IMG/VR virus record: IMGVR_UViG_3300037440_000461
Location: 1 to 52,601 of that record
DNA length: 52,601 nt
Direction: 5' to 3' (one strand)
From: a virus
The notes beneath the pieces are model-generated. The model was not told where the DNA came from and did not search any database. It was given only the letters and a program-made list of their open reading frames with translations. Below are positions 22,831-31,351 of the stretch, piece after piece; within the stretch, counting starts at the first letter, position 1, and each line of letters starts with the position of its first letter. Both the position numbers and the translations under genes were made by a program.

Positions 22831-25572
22831 TCACCAGTCCGGCCACTGGTGCGGGGAGTGCGGAGAATGCGGGGAGTGTCCCGGGTCGGTCGGACCTGTT
22901 TCCCCCTGACCAAGATCATCTTGACGCTCTCGCGCGTTAGGACCTGAACTACTCCCCGCAAACCCCGCACTCCCCGCAGACGATCTTTCATATGTCACAA
23001 TTTGCCACAGATTCGCCCCGGCACGGTTCTGACCGCGCCTCCGAGCCGCTTTGCCGTTCGCCCAGCGCCCCTCACGGTTCCGAAGCCACTTCCCGAGCGA
23101 CCTTGACAGGCCATGCGGATTGCTCCCCTTGGATGTCTTCTCACTCAGGTCGCCCGGCAACGCATCTACAGGGATCGAAGCGGCGTGCACGATGCCGACC
23201 CGGTCGAGTAGCTCCGGAACGGTCCAGGTCGCATCCCCGAAGACCCGGTGTACCGCGTCCAGGAACACCCCCCACTCGTCCTCCCCGGCGGTCTCACCGG
23301 ACGAGTCGGGATGGTCGAGGGTCCCGTCGATGCCGGCGTTTCCGAGGATGCCCCGCAGCGTGGTGATCCACCCGGCGTACGAGTCGGACCGGTCGGCCGC
23401 GGACCGGGGCATGCCGGCGACCACCCAGCTGCAGGTCATGGTCAGTAGCGCCGCGACGATCTGGCCGCGCCGCTGGCGGACCCAGAGCTCGAAGTTCTCG
23501 ATGGCGAACCCGGTGCGCCGGTGCGGTTCGGGCATGGCCGGGTCGATGGTCACCCAGAGGGTCCGCCGGGGCAGGTCCCCGCCGATGAGCAGGTTGTTGC
23601 CGGTGAGCACCCACAGCCGGTCGTTCGGCCGGGACACCATCTCGTTGACTCCGAGCCGGCGGTCGTCCCACCGGTTGGAGGTGAGCAGCCCGGCCAGGGT
23701 GGAGGAGGTGAGCATGCCGGACACGTTGTCGAACTGGACCACCGGACCGGTGGTCACGTCCAGGATGGCGGTGATCTGCTTCCGCAGCTCGGCGTCATCT
23801 TCGGGCATCTCGGACCGGAATACGCCGCCGTGGACGATCCGCAGCATCGACGCGAGCAGGCTCTTGCCCGATCCGGGCATGGGCGCGCCGATCGCCACCA
23901 GCTTGTACGGCGGGGGGGTGAGCAACCGCAGTAGTGGGGTGAGCAGCGCGCCGTAGATGTTGGCCCGGTCGTGGTCGGTCAGGAACGGGAACCCGGCGGT
24001 CATCTCCTGCAGCAGCGCGACCGCCGCCGCCAGCTCCGCCACGGACGGTTCCACCGGCACCGGAGGGATGGTCAGCCCGGGTTCAGGAAGGTGCAGCAGC
24101 CGGGTTTCCGGATCGTACCCGGCGGCGGTAAGGATGCTGCCGTCGGCCCGCACCACGGGGGTGTGGGTGGCGCCGCGGAGCCGCCGGAGGTGCCGCATCA
24201 TGTCCAGCGCGTTGGCGGCGGTCTGGGCGGCCGCGGGAGGGAACAGCGCCGGCCGGGTGATCTGGTTTCCGTTCCTGGTGATGGCGGTCCGGCTACACCG
24301 GTACCGGTAGCTGACGGCGGCGGCGAGCCCCGGGGCGGTGACGACCCGGATCTGGGCTGGCCCGTCGTTGTCTTTCTCCCGGAGTGAGAGGGGGATGTAC
24401 CCGTCCTCGCCTTCCCGGGGGGTGAACACCAGGTCATCAGCGCGTAGGAACATGCCGGCGAGCTGCCCTCGGCCGAGCTGGTCGCGGAGCCAGTCGGCGG
24501 CGACCGCCGGGTTGGTCACGTCCAACTCCAGTCGTACCGCCGCCTGGTTAGCCGGCGGTTCCTGCCGCGGCTGGTCTCGCTGATGGGGGACTTCGCCGAC
24601 CAGGTCGTAGAGGTCCTGGTCGGTTTCGCAGCCGCATGCCTGGTCGGGTTGGGGGTTGCCGGCGGCGGCGAGCCGGATCGCGCCGAGCAGCAGATCTCGG
24701 TACTCGGCGGTGGCCTCCGAGGTGGATCGGGTCTCCCCGCCGTGGGCCGGGTTGCTGGCGGCGACCACGAACGCGTTCCCGAGCTGGCCGAGGGCGTCGT
24801 AGACGCCGGCGTGGCCTTCACCGCCGAAGCCGGCCAGCGCCCGGGAGGCGGACAGGGCCAGGTCGTGGCGGGCACCACCGGCCGGGTCCGCCAGCCGGCG
24901 GACCGTTTCGGCGAGCAGCAGCGCGACCGGGGGGCATTGCGGCCCGGGGCGTAGGTGCCGCAGCCAGGTGGCGGACCCGCCGGCGCCGAGGTCGGCCGGG
25001 TTGGTCCGCTGCCGCGGCCGGGCGAGCCCGGCCACCCACGGTAGCGGCAGCTCGGGCAGGTCGGCGGGTCCGGGTATCCGGTCGGCGACCCGCCCGGCCG
25101 GTGTGCGCCACTCGTATTTGCGGCCGGTGTCCGGGTGCACCGAGGGGGCGGCGACGAGGTACCGGTGGCCGGCGTGGATGGTTTCGATGCCGGGTAGCGC
25201 CCCGACCCAGTTGACGCCTACTGGTACCCGGAACAGCCGGATCGCGGAGATACCGTCGTCGCGGCTGGTGGATGTCCAGGTGGCCGGTAGCGGCCCGTGT
25301 TCGATTTCCAGATCGGTGAGGGTCTGCGCACCGGGTTTCCCGTCGTAGGCGTCCACGTCGATGCCGAGCAGGTCGGCGGGTAGCCGGATCGCGAGGTTCC
25401 CGGCGCCCCTGTCTTCGGTCCACGTGTGGATGTCGGGGTAGGACGGATAGGGGGCGCCGTGGCCGGTCCACCCGTCCGGTGGAGGTTTCTTGGCCGCCGG
25501 GGGAAGTGGCAGGATGCCGCGCCAGCCGGCCTGCCAGTACGCGTCGGCGGCGGCCGCGTACGGGCCGGTCAC
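22831..25572 (-). CDS. Bifunctional primase-polymerase (prim-pol) fused to D5/P4-type SF3 helicase
   Basis: The N-terminus GWRGILPLPPAAKKPPPDGWTG...NLAIRLPADLLGIDVDAYDG is prim-pol with DxD. The Walker A GAPMPGSGKSLLASM lies in the C-terminal half. GTG start, GTGA-coupled. Confidence 0.9.
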   Translation of the reverse strand: MTGPYAAAADAYWQAGWRGILPLPPAAKKPPPDGWTGHGAPYPSYPDIHTWTEDRGAGNLAIRLPADLLGIDVDAYDGKPGAQTLTDLEIEHGPLPATWTSTSRDDGISAIRLFRVPVGVNWVGALPGIETIHAGHRYLVAAPSVHPDTGRKYEWRTPAGRVADRIPGPADLPELPLPWVAGLARPRQRTNPADLGAGGSATWLRHLRPGPQCPPVALLLAETVRRLADPAGGARHDLALSASRALAGFGGEGHAGVYDALGQLGNAFVVAASNPAHGGETRSTSEATAEYRDLLLGAIRLAAAGNPQPDQACGCETDQDLYDLVGEVPHQRDQPRQEPPANQAAVRLELDVTNPAVAADWLRDQLGRGQLAGMFLRADDLVFTPREGEDGYIPLSLREKDNDGPAQIRVVTAPGLAAAVSYRYRCSRTAITRNGNQITRPALFPPAAAQTAANALDMMRHLRRLRGATHTPVVRADGSILTAAGYDPETRLLHLPEPGLTIPPVPVEPSVAELAAAVALLQEMTAGFPFLTDHDRANIYGALLTPLLRLLTPPPYKLVAIGAPMPGSGKSLLASMLRIVHGGVFRSEMPEDDAELRKQITAILDVTTGPVVQFDNVSGMLTSSTLAGLLTSNRWDDRRLGVNEMVSRPNDRLWVLTGNNLLIGGDLPRRTLWVTIDPAMPEPHRRTGFAIENFELWVRQRRGQIVAALLTMTCSWVVAGMPRSAADRSDSYAGWITTLRGILGNAGIDGTLDHPDSSGETAGEDEWGVFLDAVHRVFGDATWTVPELLDRVGIVHAASIPVDALPGDLSEKTSKGSNPHGLSRSLGKWLRNREGRWANGKAARRRGQNRAGANLWQIVTYERSSAGSAGFAGSSSGPNARERQDDLGQGETGPTDPGHSPHSPHSPHQWPDW

Positions 25573-26072
25573 CGCCAGCTCCGCTCACCGAGCAGATCCC
25601 GCGCGACGTTCAGGTCGCGCATGAGGTCGCTCGGGCCGCCGGCGTCGGGGTGGAGCACGCCCGCGAGCCGCTTGTAGGCTTTCTCGGCCTGCTCGGGGTC
25701 CAGTTTGGCGAGCAGGTCGTAGGCCCAGTTGTGGCGGGTGGCGGAGGCTTCGCTGCCGGCCCGCTGCAGGTCCCGCCGCAGCCGCCGGTTCTCTGTTTCC
25801 AGCGCGTGGATCTGTTCCTGCGCCTTCCGCAGCTTCCCGCTGTCCGCCGGTGGTGGTGGCCGGTCGGGTTTCTGGTTGATCTGGACCTGGTCGCCGATGG
25901 TCTGCAGCGCGACCACCAGCGAGGGGACCTGGTAGGTGGGGATCGTCCAGAACTTGCCTTCCTTGTCCCAGCTCCGGCCGGGGATGGTCTTGATCACCTC
26001 GATCCGGTCGGGATGGTAGGGGGAGTACACGTGCGCCTCGGTGCCGTCGACTTCGATGCGTACAAGCGCCAC
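25569..26072 (-). CDS. J-domain-like protein (HPD motif) with N-terminal beta domain
   Basis: The C-terminus EKAYKRLAGVLHPDAGGPSDLMRDLNVARDLL has the J-domain helix II-HPD-helix III layout. It is translationally coupled to the primase/helicase gene. Confidence 0.55.
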   Translation of the reverse strand: MALVRIEVDGTEAHVYSPYHPDRIEVIKTIPGRSWDKEGKFWTIPTYQVPSLVVALQTIGDQVQINQKPDRPPPPADSGKLRKAQEQIHALETENRRLRRDLQRAGSEASATRHNWAYDLLAKLDPEQAEKAYKRLAGVLHPDAGGPSDLMRDLNVARDLLGERSWR

Positions 26073-26164
26073 GGGTGCTCCCCCTTTCCGGGTTTCGTGT
26101 CAGTGGTCCCCTGCCGCGACCTGGGCGCGGGTGTGCCGGCCGGTTCCGGTCTCAGGGGTTGTGG

Positions 26165-26752
26165 CTAGTACGGCTGGCCGAGGGCAGCCCGGAGGGTCGC
26201 TTTCTGCTCGGGTGAGAGCACGGCCCACTTGGCCGGGTCAATCCCGGCCGGCGGCAGGTTTTCCGCCCCGGTCTGGGTCGTGCCACCACCGGGTGGCCCG
26301 GCAGGCGGCGGCTGGTCGGCGGCCTGGGCCACCGGGTCCGGCGGCTCGTACTTGGCGGTGAACAGCTTCGGCGGATTCTTCTTCCCTTCCTTCGGCCCTT
26401 CGCCGGAGAAGATGACGGTCAGCCGGCCGCCGATCTCCAGCTTGGCCGCGCCGGTGGCGCGGACCGCCGCCGCCACCGCCTTTTGCAGATTGGACCGCAC
26501 GTAGATGGCGCGGGTGCCGTCGTCGTCGGGGATCTCCGGGTCCCGCTGCTCGGTGCGCAGCACCACCTTGGCCTGCATCCGGGGCCGGCCGTCGGCCCAG
26601 GTCAGCGGGGTGTTGTCGTCGAAGTCGGTCTGCTGCTGCAGCTCCGGCTCCCGGTCGACCACCCCTGTGATGCTGGTGCCGACGGTGGGCCACTTCGCCG
26701 ATGGGATGCCGACGCCCATGATGAACGAGCTGGCGTCCTGGTTCTGAGACAT
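26165..26752 (-). CDS. Hypothetical protein, possible ssDNA-binding/annealing partner of the exonuclease
   Basis: 195 aa with an AGGAG RBS and a Pro/Gly-rich C-terminal tail, lying directly downstream of the Cas4-like exonuclease. The function is inferred from position only. Confidence 0.5.
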   Translation of the reverse strand: MSQNQDASSFIMGVGIPSAKWPTVGTSITGVVDREPELQQQTDFDDNTPLTWADGRPRMQAKVVLRTEQRDPEIPDDDGTRAIYVRSNLQKAVAAAVRATGAAKLEIGGRLTVIFSGEGPKEGKKNPPKLFTAKYEPPDPVAQAADQPPPAGPPGGGTTQTGAENLPPAGIDPAKWAVLSPEQKATLRAALGQPY

Positions 26753-26779
26753 GTCGCTCCTTAGTAGAGAATTCCTGGG

Positions 26780-27616
26780 TTACAAGATCCCGGGCATGCT
26801 GGTTGGCGCCGCCACCGGCTGGCCGGGGCAGCCGCTGGCGTCGGCCGGCCCACCGTTGGACCGAAAAAACGGACAATATGAGCAGTGCTCGCCGGGGGTG
26901 GCGGCGATCAGCGCCCACCGGTCCGGATGCTGTTCAGGGTCCAGCTGGTAGCCGAGCGCGGACAGCCGGCCGAGCCGGTCGAGCCCGGCTAGGGCGACTC
27001 CCTCCGAGTAGGGTTCGGTATGGATGTGCAGGCCGCCCCCGCCGAAGTTGCCGCCCAGGTTGTCCGATCGGGGGTAGCAGGCGAGCGCGACCTCCCGCAC
27101 CGGCCGGCCGGCCCGGGTGTGGCCGTAGCCGTAGGAGTGGATCTGCTGCCGGTAGTGGGCGGGGATCTCGCCGTCGCGGATTTTCCGTAGGCTGCCGATG
27201 CCGAGTAGTTTGTGGTCGACCACCCGGGCGGTGTCCACGTCGTACAGGTCGCAGGTGCCGGAGTAGCCGTCGGTGAGCCAGACCCGCTGCTCGATCAGCC
27301 ACCGGTCCCGGCCGAGCCGCCGATTTTCGGCCGCGAACGCGTCGGCCAGCCAGGCGTGCCAGGCGGTGCCCACGTCGGCGAGGTGGTTGTCGCGGTCGGT
27401 GTTCACCTGCGGGTGTTCGAACAGGCGGTAGGCGACGGACCGGTCGCACAGGTGCCCGATCTCGGACAGGCCGATCTGCCGTTGCTGGCTGCGGGCGGTA
27501 CCGCGGGAGTGGGTGCCGCAGATCCGCATGATCGCCGCGGTCAGCTCCTCCGGCTCGGGGCTGGTGATCGAGTCGAGCAGCGCGGCGAAGTCCGCGGCCG
27601 GCATTGACTGGCTCAT
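26780..27616 (-). CDS. PD-(D/E)xK exonuclease, Cas4/RecB-like with Cys cluster
   Basis: GTCDLYDVDTARVVDHKL (D..D.K), QQIHSYGY (QxxxY) and a C-terminal CSYCPFF...C plus an N-terminal Cys. ATG 27616 is ATGA-coupled. Confidence 0.75.
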   Translation of the reverse strand: MSQSMPAADFAALLDSITSPEPEELTAAIMRICGTHSRGTARSQQRQIGLSEIGHLCDRSVAYRLFEHPQVNTDRDNHLADVGTAWHAWLADAFAAENRRLGRDRWLIEQRVWLTDGYSGTCDLYDVDTARVVDHKLLGIGSLRKIRDGEIPAHYRQQIHSYGYGHTRAGRPVREVALACYPRSDNLGGNFGGGGLHIHTEPYSEGVALAGLDRLGRLSALGYQLDPEQHPDRWALIAATPGEHCSYCPFFRSNGGPADASGCPGQPVAAPTSMPGIL

Positions 27617-27939
27617 CGCGTCGACACCTTGACCCGGCGCAGCTGACCCAGCTCGGTGGTGATCCGCCCCGAATGCCAATCGGCCGGCCGCCACACGCCG
27701 GCGTCAGCGCCGGCCTCGACCAGCGCGTCCAGCCACAGCCGCTGTTCCGGCTTCAGACCGGTGCCGTCTCGTTTCAGTTCACGGAACAGTAGACCGCCGG
27801 TGCCGAGGACAACCACGTCGGGGAAGCCACTGTAGGAGCGTCGCGAGTCGTGGGTGTGGTAGAGCCGCAACCCCAGCATCCGGGCCAGCGTCCGGATCGA
27901 CTCGTACAACTGCACCTCGGTCATCTCCAGGTTGTTCAC
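27613..27939 (-). CDS. VRR-NUC domain nuclease
   Basis: GFPDVVVLGTGGLLFRELK (D...ExK) in a 108-aa protein. GTGA-coupled. Confidence 0.75.
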   Translation of the reverse strand: MNNLEMTEVQLYESIRTLARMLGLRLYHTHDSRRSYSGFPDVVVLGTGGLLFRELKRDGTGLKPEQRLWLDALVEAGADAGVWRPADWHSGRITTELGQLRRVKVSTR

Positions 27940-28232
27940 GCCAGCACCTCCGCACGCTCAAGTCCGTACAGATCGAGACACTCTTGGCAGCCGCAGGTGG
28001 CCACGCCGGGGAACCCGACCCCGGGCTGGTGCACCTCGGGCTGAATCTTGCCGTCGGCGCCGTAGGTGGGTATGACGTGCGAGTCGCCCCAGTCGCAGTC
28101 GTGGCCGCGGTGGCAGCCCTGCCCGCAGCGCAGGTTCGGCCAGGAGCCCCCTTGGTCGCGGCGCGCTTCCTGCACGGTGTTGCCCCAGTAGTTGGGGTGG
28201 TCGCAGGTTCGGCACTTGTGGACGATCATCAT
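27936..28232 (-). CDS. Cys/His-rich small protein (98 aa)
   Basis: MMIVHKCRTCDHPNYWGN...CGQGCHRGHDCDWG...CGCQEC. The upstream track extension is R/P-rich. Confidence 0.5.
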   Translation of the reverse strand: MMIVHKCRTCDHPNYWGNTVQEARRDQGGSWPNLRCGQGCHRGHDCDWGDSHVIPTYGADGKIQPEVHQPGVGFPGVATCGCQECLDLYGLERAEVLA

Positions 28233-28630
28233 TACGGCAGCACCCCCACGGGGAAGCCGCCGACCCGCTCGGCCAGGGTGGACCACAGCGGCCGGGGTGG
28301 GCGCCACCCGCCGGGAACTATGCGCCGCAGCACCGCCACCGGCTCGTGCACCCCCCGTTGGGGTGTCCACATGGTGTGGACGAGCGCGGGGGCGTGCTGC
28401 CCGCCGCAGTCTGCGCCGTTCTTCCGCCACGGGCGGCAGTGTGAGCCGCCGCAGCGGGGGCAGTCGGTGTCCCGGCCGGCGGGTGGGAGCTGTTCGGTGC
28501 GGGCGAGCAGCGCCTGGTCTTCGGCGTCGAGCCGGCGGCGGTGGCCGACGATGCCGGACCACCACCATCCGATGGCGATCGTGGCGACGATGACGATGGC
28601 CATCACGTTGCTAGTCAGGCTGCGGATCAT
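28232..28630 (-). CDS. Membrane-anchored Cys-rich protein (132 aa)
   Basis: ATG 28630 is ATGA-coupled. N-terminal TM VMAIVIVATIAIGWWW, then CPRCGGSHC. Confidence 0.5.
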   Translation of the reverse strand: MIRSLTSNVMAIVIVATIAIGWWWSGIVGHRRRLDAEDQALLARTEQLPPAGRDTDCPRCGGSHCRPWRKNGADCGGQHAPALVHTMWTPQRGVHEPVAVLRRIVPGGWRPPRPLWSTLAERVGGFPVGVLP

Positions 28631-28863
28631 GATCCCGTCCTCTCTGGCAGGTGTAGCGCCGGCCGCGTCGCGTCCAGCCGTCGGATGAAACGCTTGGTGT
28701 GCCACATGATCACGAACGCCGCCGCGATTCCCAGGGCGATGCCGGCCACGAAGGTGATGGCCGGGTCGCTGAAGATCGACACCAGTACACCCACCGTCAC
28801 GCCACCGACGTACGAGCGGGTCCCGAACCATGCCAGCTGTGACCTGAACTGGCTACGTGTCAT
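28627..28863 (-). CDS. Small membrane protein (78 aa)
   Basis: ATG 28863 is ATGA-coupled. It has two hydrophobic helices (VGGVTVGVLVSIF, FVAGIALGIAAAFVIMW). Confidence 0.5.
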   Translation of the reverse strand: MTRSQFRSQLAWFGTRSYVGGVTVGVLVSIFSDPAITFVAGIALGIAAAFVIMWHTKRFIRRLDATRPALHLPERTGS

Positions 28864-29348
28864 TGCCGTGTCCTCTCTGGTTGGCTGGCGGTGAGCGTCT
28901 CGGCGAGCCGGCACAGCGGGTCGACCGGCTCGCCCCGCAGCCGGTGCCTGCGCGCCCCGCCCGGGGCACCGCACGCCGGTGGCCGGTCGAGCAGCGACGC
29001 GCGCTGGCACGTCCGGCCGCAGTACCGCTGGCTGGGGCGGCGGGGGGCGAACAGCGCCCCGCACTGCTGGCAGGTGGCCAGCGCGCGGCCGGTCCGTTCG
29101 GATGGGGTGCAGCCGCCCCACACGCCCCACCGTTGCCCGGTGTCGACCGCCCACCGGAGGCAGGCGCCCTCTACGGGGCAGCGGCGGCAGACGGCGACGG
29201 CGGGCCGCACATCGGGGTGGCGGCTGCTGGCGCCGCGTTCGGCCGCGATCGGAAAAAAGATCTCCGGGTCGACATCCCGGCAGGCGGCAAATGTGCGCCA
29301 GTCCGGGTCGCGGCTGGTGTGGGGGGTGTGCAGCTCAGGCAGACGCAT
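28860..29348 (-). CDS. WhiB-like transcription factor with C-terminal Cys-rich extension
   Basis: WRTFAACRDVDPEIFFP...AVCRRCPVEGACLRWAVDTGQRWGVWGG is the WhiB 4-Cys/GVWGG signature. An extra CQQCG...YCGRTC follows. GGAGG RBS. Confidence 0.8.
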   Translation of the reverse strand: MRLPELHTPHTSRDPDWRTFAACRDVDPEIFFPIAAERGASSRHPDVRPAVAVCRRCPVEGACLRWAVDTGQRWGVWGGCTPSERTGRALATCQQCGALFAPRRPSQRYCGRTCQRASLLDRPPACGAPGGARRHRLRGEPVDPLCRLAETLTASQPERTRQ

Positions 29349-29781
29349 CGGACGCCTCCGGAGGGATGGACCGGGCGGCGTCCGGGCTCAGGCCCCCGCC
29401 CGGCGAGTACGAGTCGCAGGCCGGCCACCAGCGGCGCACGTCAGTCCCGGCACCGTGGGTCACCCGTGGCGCCCGGCCCCGGGTCTGGTCAGTCCAGTTC
29501 TCCGCTCCGTAGGTGCACTTCGGCCAGTTGCGGTTGCCGTTCGTGGCGGTCTGACGCCGGTACCAGCACGACCCGCAGGTCGGCCCGGCCCCGCCCCGGT
29601 CGCGGGGTGCGTCCGGGTGGACTCGGATCGTCGGGTCCCGCAGTGCCAGCGCCAGTGGGTGGACCCCGTTGGCCATCGCCCGCTCCTGGCGGAGGGTTCG
29701 GCGTCGCTGCTCCGACAGCGGCCTGGGCTGGGCGACCGTGTACGGCGTGGCGTCGAACAGAGTCGTGTCAATCACGGTCAC
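29335..29781 (-). CDS. Hypothetical protein (148 aa)
   Basis: GTG 29781 is GTGA-coupled (VTVIDTTLFDATPYTVAQPRPLSEQ...). It contains CGSCWY. Confidence 0.5.
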   Translation of the reverse strand: MTVIDTTLFDATPYTVAQPRPLSEQRRRTLRQERAMANGVHPLALALRDPTIRVHPDAPRDRGGAGPTCGSCWYRRQTATNGNRNWPKCTYGAENWTDQTRGRAPRVTHGAGTDVRRWWPACDSYSPGGGLSPDAARSIPPEASDASA

Positions 29782-30011
29782 CGCCACCCCTCGAGGTCGT
29801 CCTGGCTTCGGCGGGTGGCGAGCGGGCTGCGGGCGACCAGCATCAGCGTCCGGCAGATGTTGCCGTGGGCGATGGCGCCGCGGCGGGTCCACGCCCGGCC
29901 CTCGATCTCCCCGCCGCCGGGGCGTCGGACGATCCACAGCCACCGGCGCCAGTACCAGCTCGGGCGCCGGACGACCTGGAGTGTGAGTCCGTGCCGGCTG
30001 TCGACGATCAT
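29778..30011 (-). CDS. Hypothetical protein (77 aa)
   Basis: ATG 30011 is ATGA-coupled (MIVDSRHGLTLQVVRRPSWYWRRWLWIVRRP...). Confidence 0.45.
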   Translation of the reverse strand: MIVDSRHGLTLQVVRRPSWYWRRWLWIVRRPGGGEIEGRAWTRRGAIAHGNICRTLMLVARSPLATRRSQDDLEGWR

Positions 30012-30421
30012 TGGCCGGCCTCCCTGGTCCCGTTGGCGGCGATCTCCCGGTCGAGCAGGGCGAGCTCGGCCGCGGCCCGGGCGTGGCGCTGGGCGAGCGT
30101 CTCGGCGGGAATCCGGCACATCAGGGTCAGGGTGACCGCCCCTCCGGCGAGGGTGCCGGTGGCGACGTGCACGTCCACCCCGTGGCCGGTGGCCCAGATG
30201 CCGAGCGGGATGCCGGCGGCGCGGGCCGCCGCGTCCACCAGCTCGGGGTGGCCGGCCGGGTAGTTGAGGGTGATGCTGGCGGCGTCCGGCCGGTGCTGGT
30301 CCAGCAACCGGCCGAGGATGAGGCCGGTGGTGGCGACCGCGAGATGACGGTAGTTGTCGAGCGGGTCGCGGCTGACCGGCTCCTGTCCGGGTCGGGTGCT
30401 AGGCTCAGGCTGGCTGTTCAT
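30008..30421 (-). CDS. Hypothetical protein (137 aa)
   Basis: ATG 30421 behind GAAAGGAG (MNSQPEPSTRPGQEPVSRDPLDNYRHLAVATTGLILG...). Confidence 0.55.
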   Translation of the reverse strand: MNSQPEPSTRPGQEPVSRDPLDNYRHLAVATTGLILGRLLDQHRPDAASITLNYPAGHPELVDAAARAAGIPLGIWATGHGVDVHVATGTLAGGAVTLTLMCRIPAETLAQRHARAAAELALLDREIAANGTREAGQ

Positions 30422-31154
30422 GGCAGCTCCTTTCGGTGGTGATGTGCTGGCCCCGCCCTCGGGCGGGGCTGGTGTGTGTCTGGTGGCGGCCGTCAGCGGC
30501 TGCGGCAGCGGCCGCCACCAGAGAGCCGGCCCGCCCGGGCTGGGCTGTGACCCGGGCGGGAGTCTGTGTCGCACCTCGCACGGCCGCCCGGCCGACCGTG
30601 TAGACCACGTTGGCGCGGCGGGCGGGCAGCTGGGTGCCGCCGCTGCGGTGCCGGCCGGCGGCAGACCCCCGGGGGAAGGGGGGGCCCACCGCCGGCCGGC
30701 CGGCCCACCCGGCCAAAATCCGGGTGGGAGCGTTGGGCCTCGCCGCGGCTGCCGGTGCCACGGCGAGGATGGTGCATTCCGTGGACGGGCCGCCCTTACC
30801 CGCACTCGCGGGGCGAACCCCGGCCGGCAGTGCATACCCGGACCCCGCAGCTGCGCCACGGGGTAGCGGCCCTAATGGGAGTCTGGCGGCGCCCGCCCCC
30901 GCACCCCAACCAGGGGCGGGCGCCGCAACCCCGGCTGCTACCGCGACACCTGACGCGGGAGCCTGGGGGGCCACCCGGCGGACGTGAGCCGGGTGGGGTA
31001 TCAGAAGCTGGGTGGTGATGAAGGCGGCGCCGAGCAGCGGGATGGGTCCGGCGACCAGCAGCAGCCACAGGCCGACGGTGGTGCCGGCGACGGCGCCGCC
31101 GATGGCCAGGGTGGTGGGGTGGGTGGCCCACACGGCCAGGTGCCGGCGGGTCAC
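30405..31154 (-). CDS. Membrane protein with long Ala/Gly/Pro-rich tail (3' end doubtful)
   Basis: GTG 31154 is GTGA-coupled. There are two clear TM helices (LAIGGAVAGTTVGLWLLLVAGPIPLLGAAFITTQLLI). Third-position GC was 20/20 G/C at 30601-30660 but loses its frame preference at 30450-30540, where three hairpins lie. Confidence 0.4.
   Translation of the reverse strand: MTRRHLAVWATHPTTLAIGGAVAGTTVGLWLLLVAGPIPLLGAAFITTQLLIPHPAHVRRVAPQAPASGVAVAAGVAAPAPGWGAGAGAARLPLGPLPRGAAAGSGYALPAGVRPASAGKGGPSTECTILAVAPAAAARPNAPTRILAGWAGRPAVGPPFPRGSAAGRHRSGGTQLPARRANVVYTVGRAAVRGATQTPARVTAQPGRAGSLVAAAAAAADGRHQTHTSPARGRGQHITTERSCHEQPA
30450..30560. repeat. Three back-to-back GC hairpins
   Basis: GCCCCGCC-ctcg-GGCGGGGC at 30450-30469. 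TGGTGGCGGCCG/CGGCCGCCACCA at 30481-30520 (12 bp). CCCGCCCGGG/CCCGGGCGGG at 30530-30560 (10 bp). Confidence 0.7.
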
Positions 31155-31351
31155 GGCAGCCACCTCCCGGCAGCCTTCGCGCGCCGGATGCACGCCGCCG
31201 CCGCCTTGCACAGCGTGAATGAGACGCCGTCCACAATCCGCCTCTCCATGGTGGCCTGCTCGCCGCGGTGGTCGCGGCAGCCGAGGCAGCCGTCGGTGCC
31301 GCACGCGTCGCAGCGGTCGTCCGCGATGTGGATGGTCGCCTGGCGGCTCAC
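31151..31351 (-). CDS. Small Cys-rich protein (66 aa)
   Basis: GTG 31351 is GTGA-coupled to the upstream stop (VSRQATIHIADDRCDACGTDGCLGCRDHRGEQ...). Confidence 0.4.
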   Translation of the reverse strand: MSRQATIHIADDRCDACGTDGCLGCRDHRGEQATMERRIVDGVSFTLCKAAAACIRRAKAAGRWLP

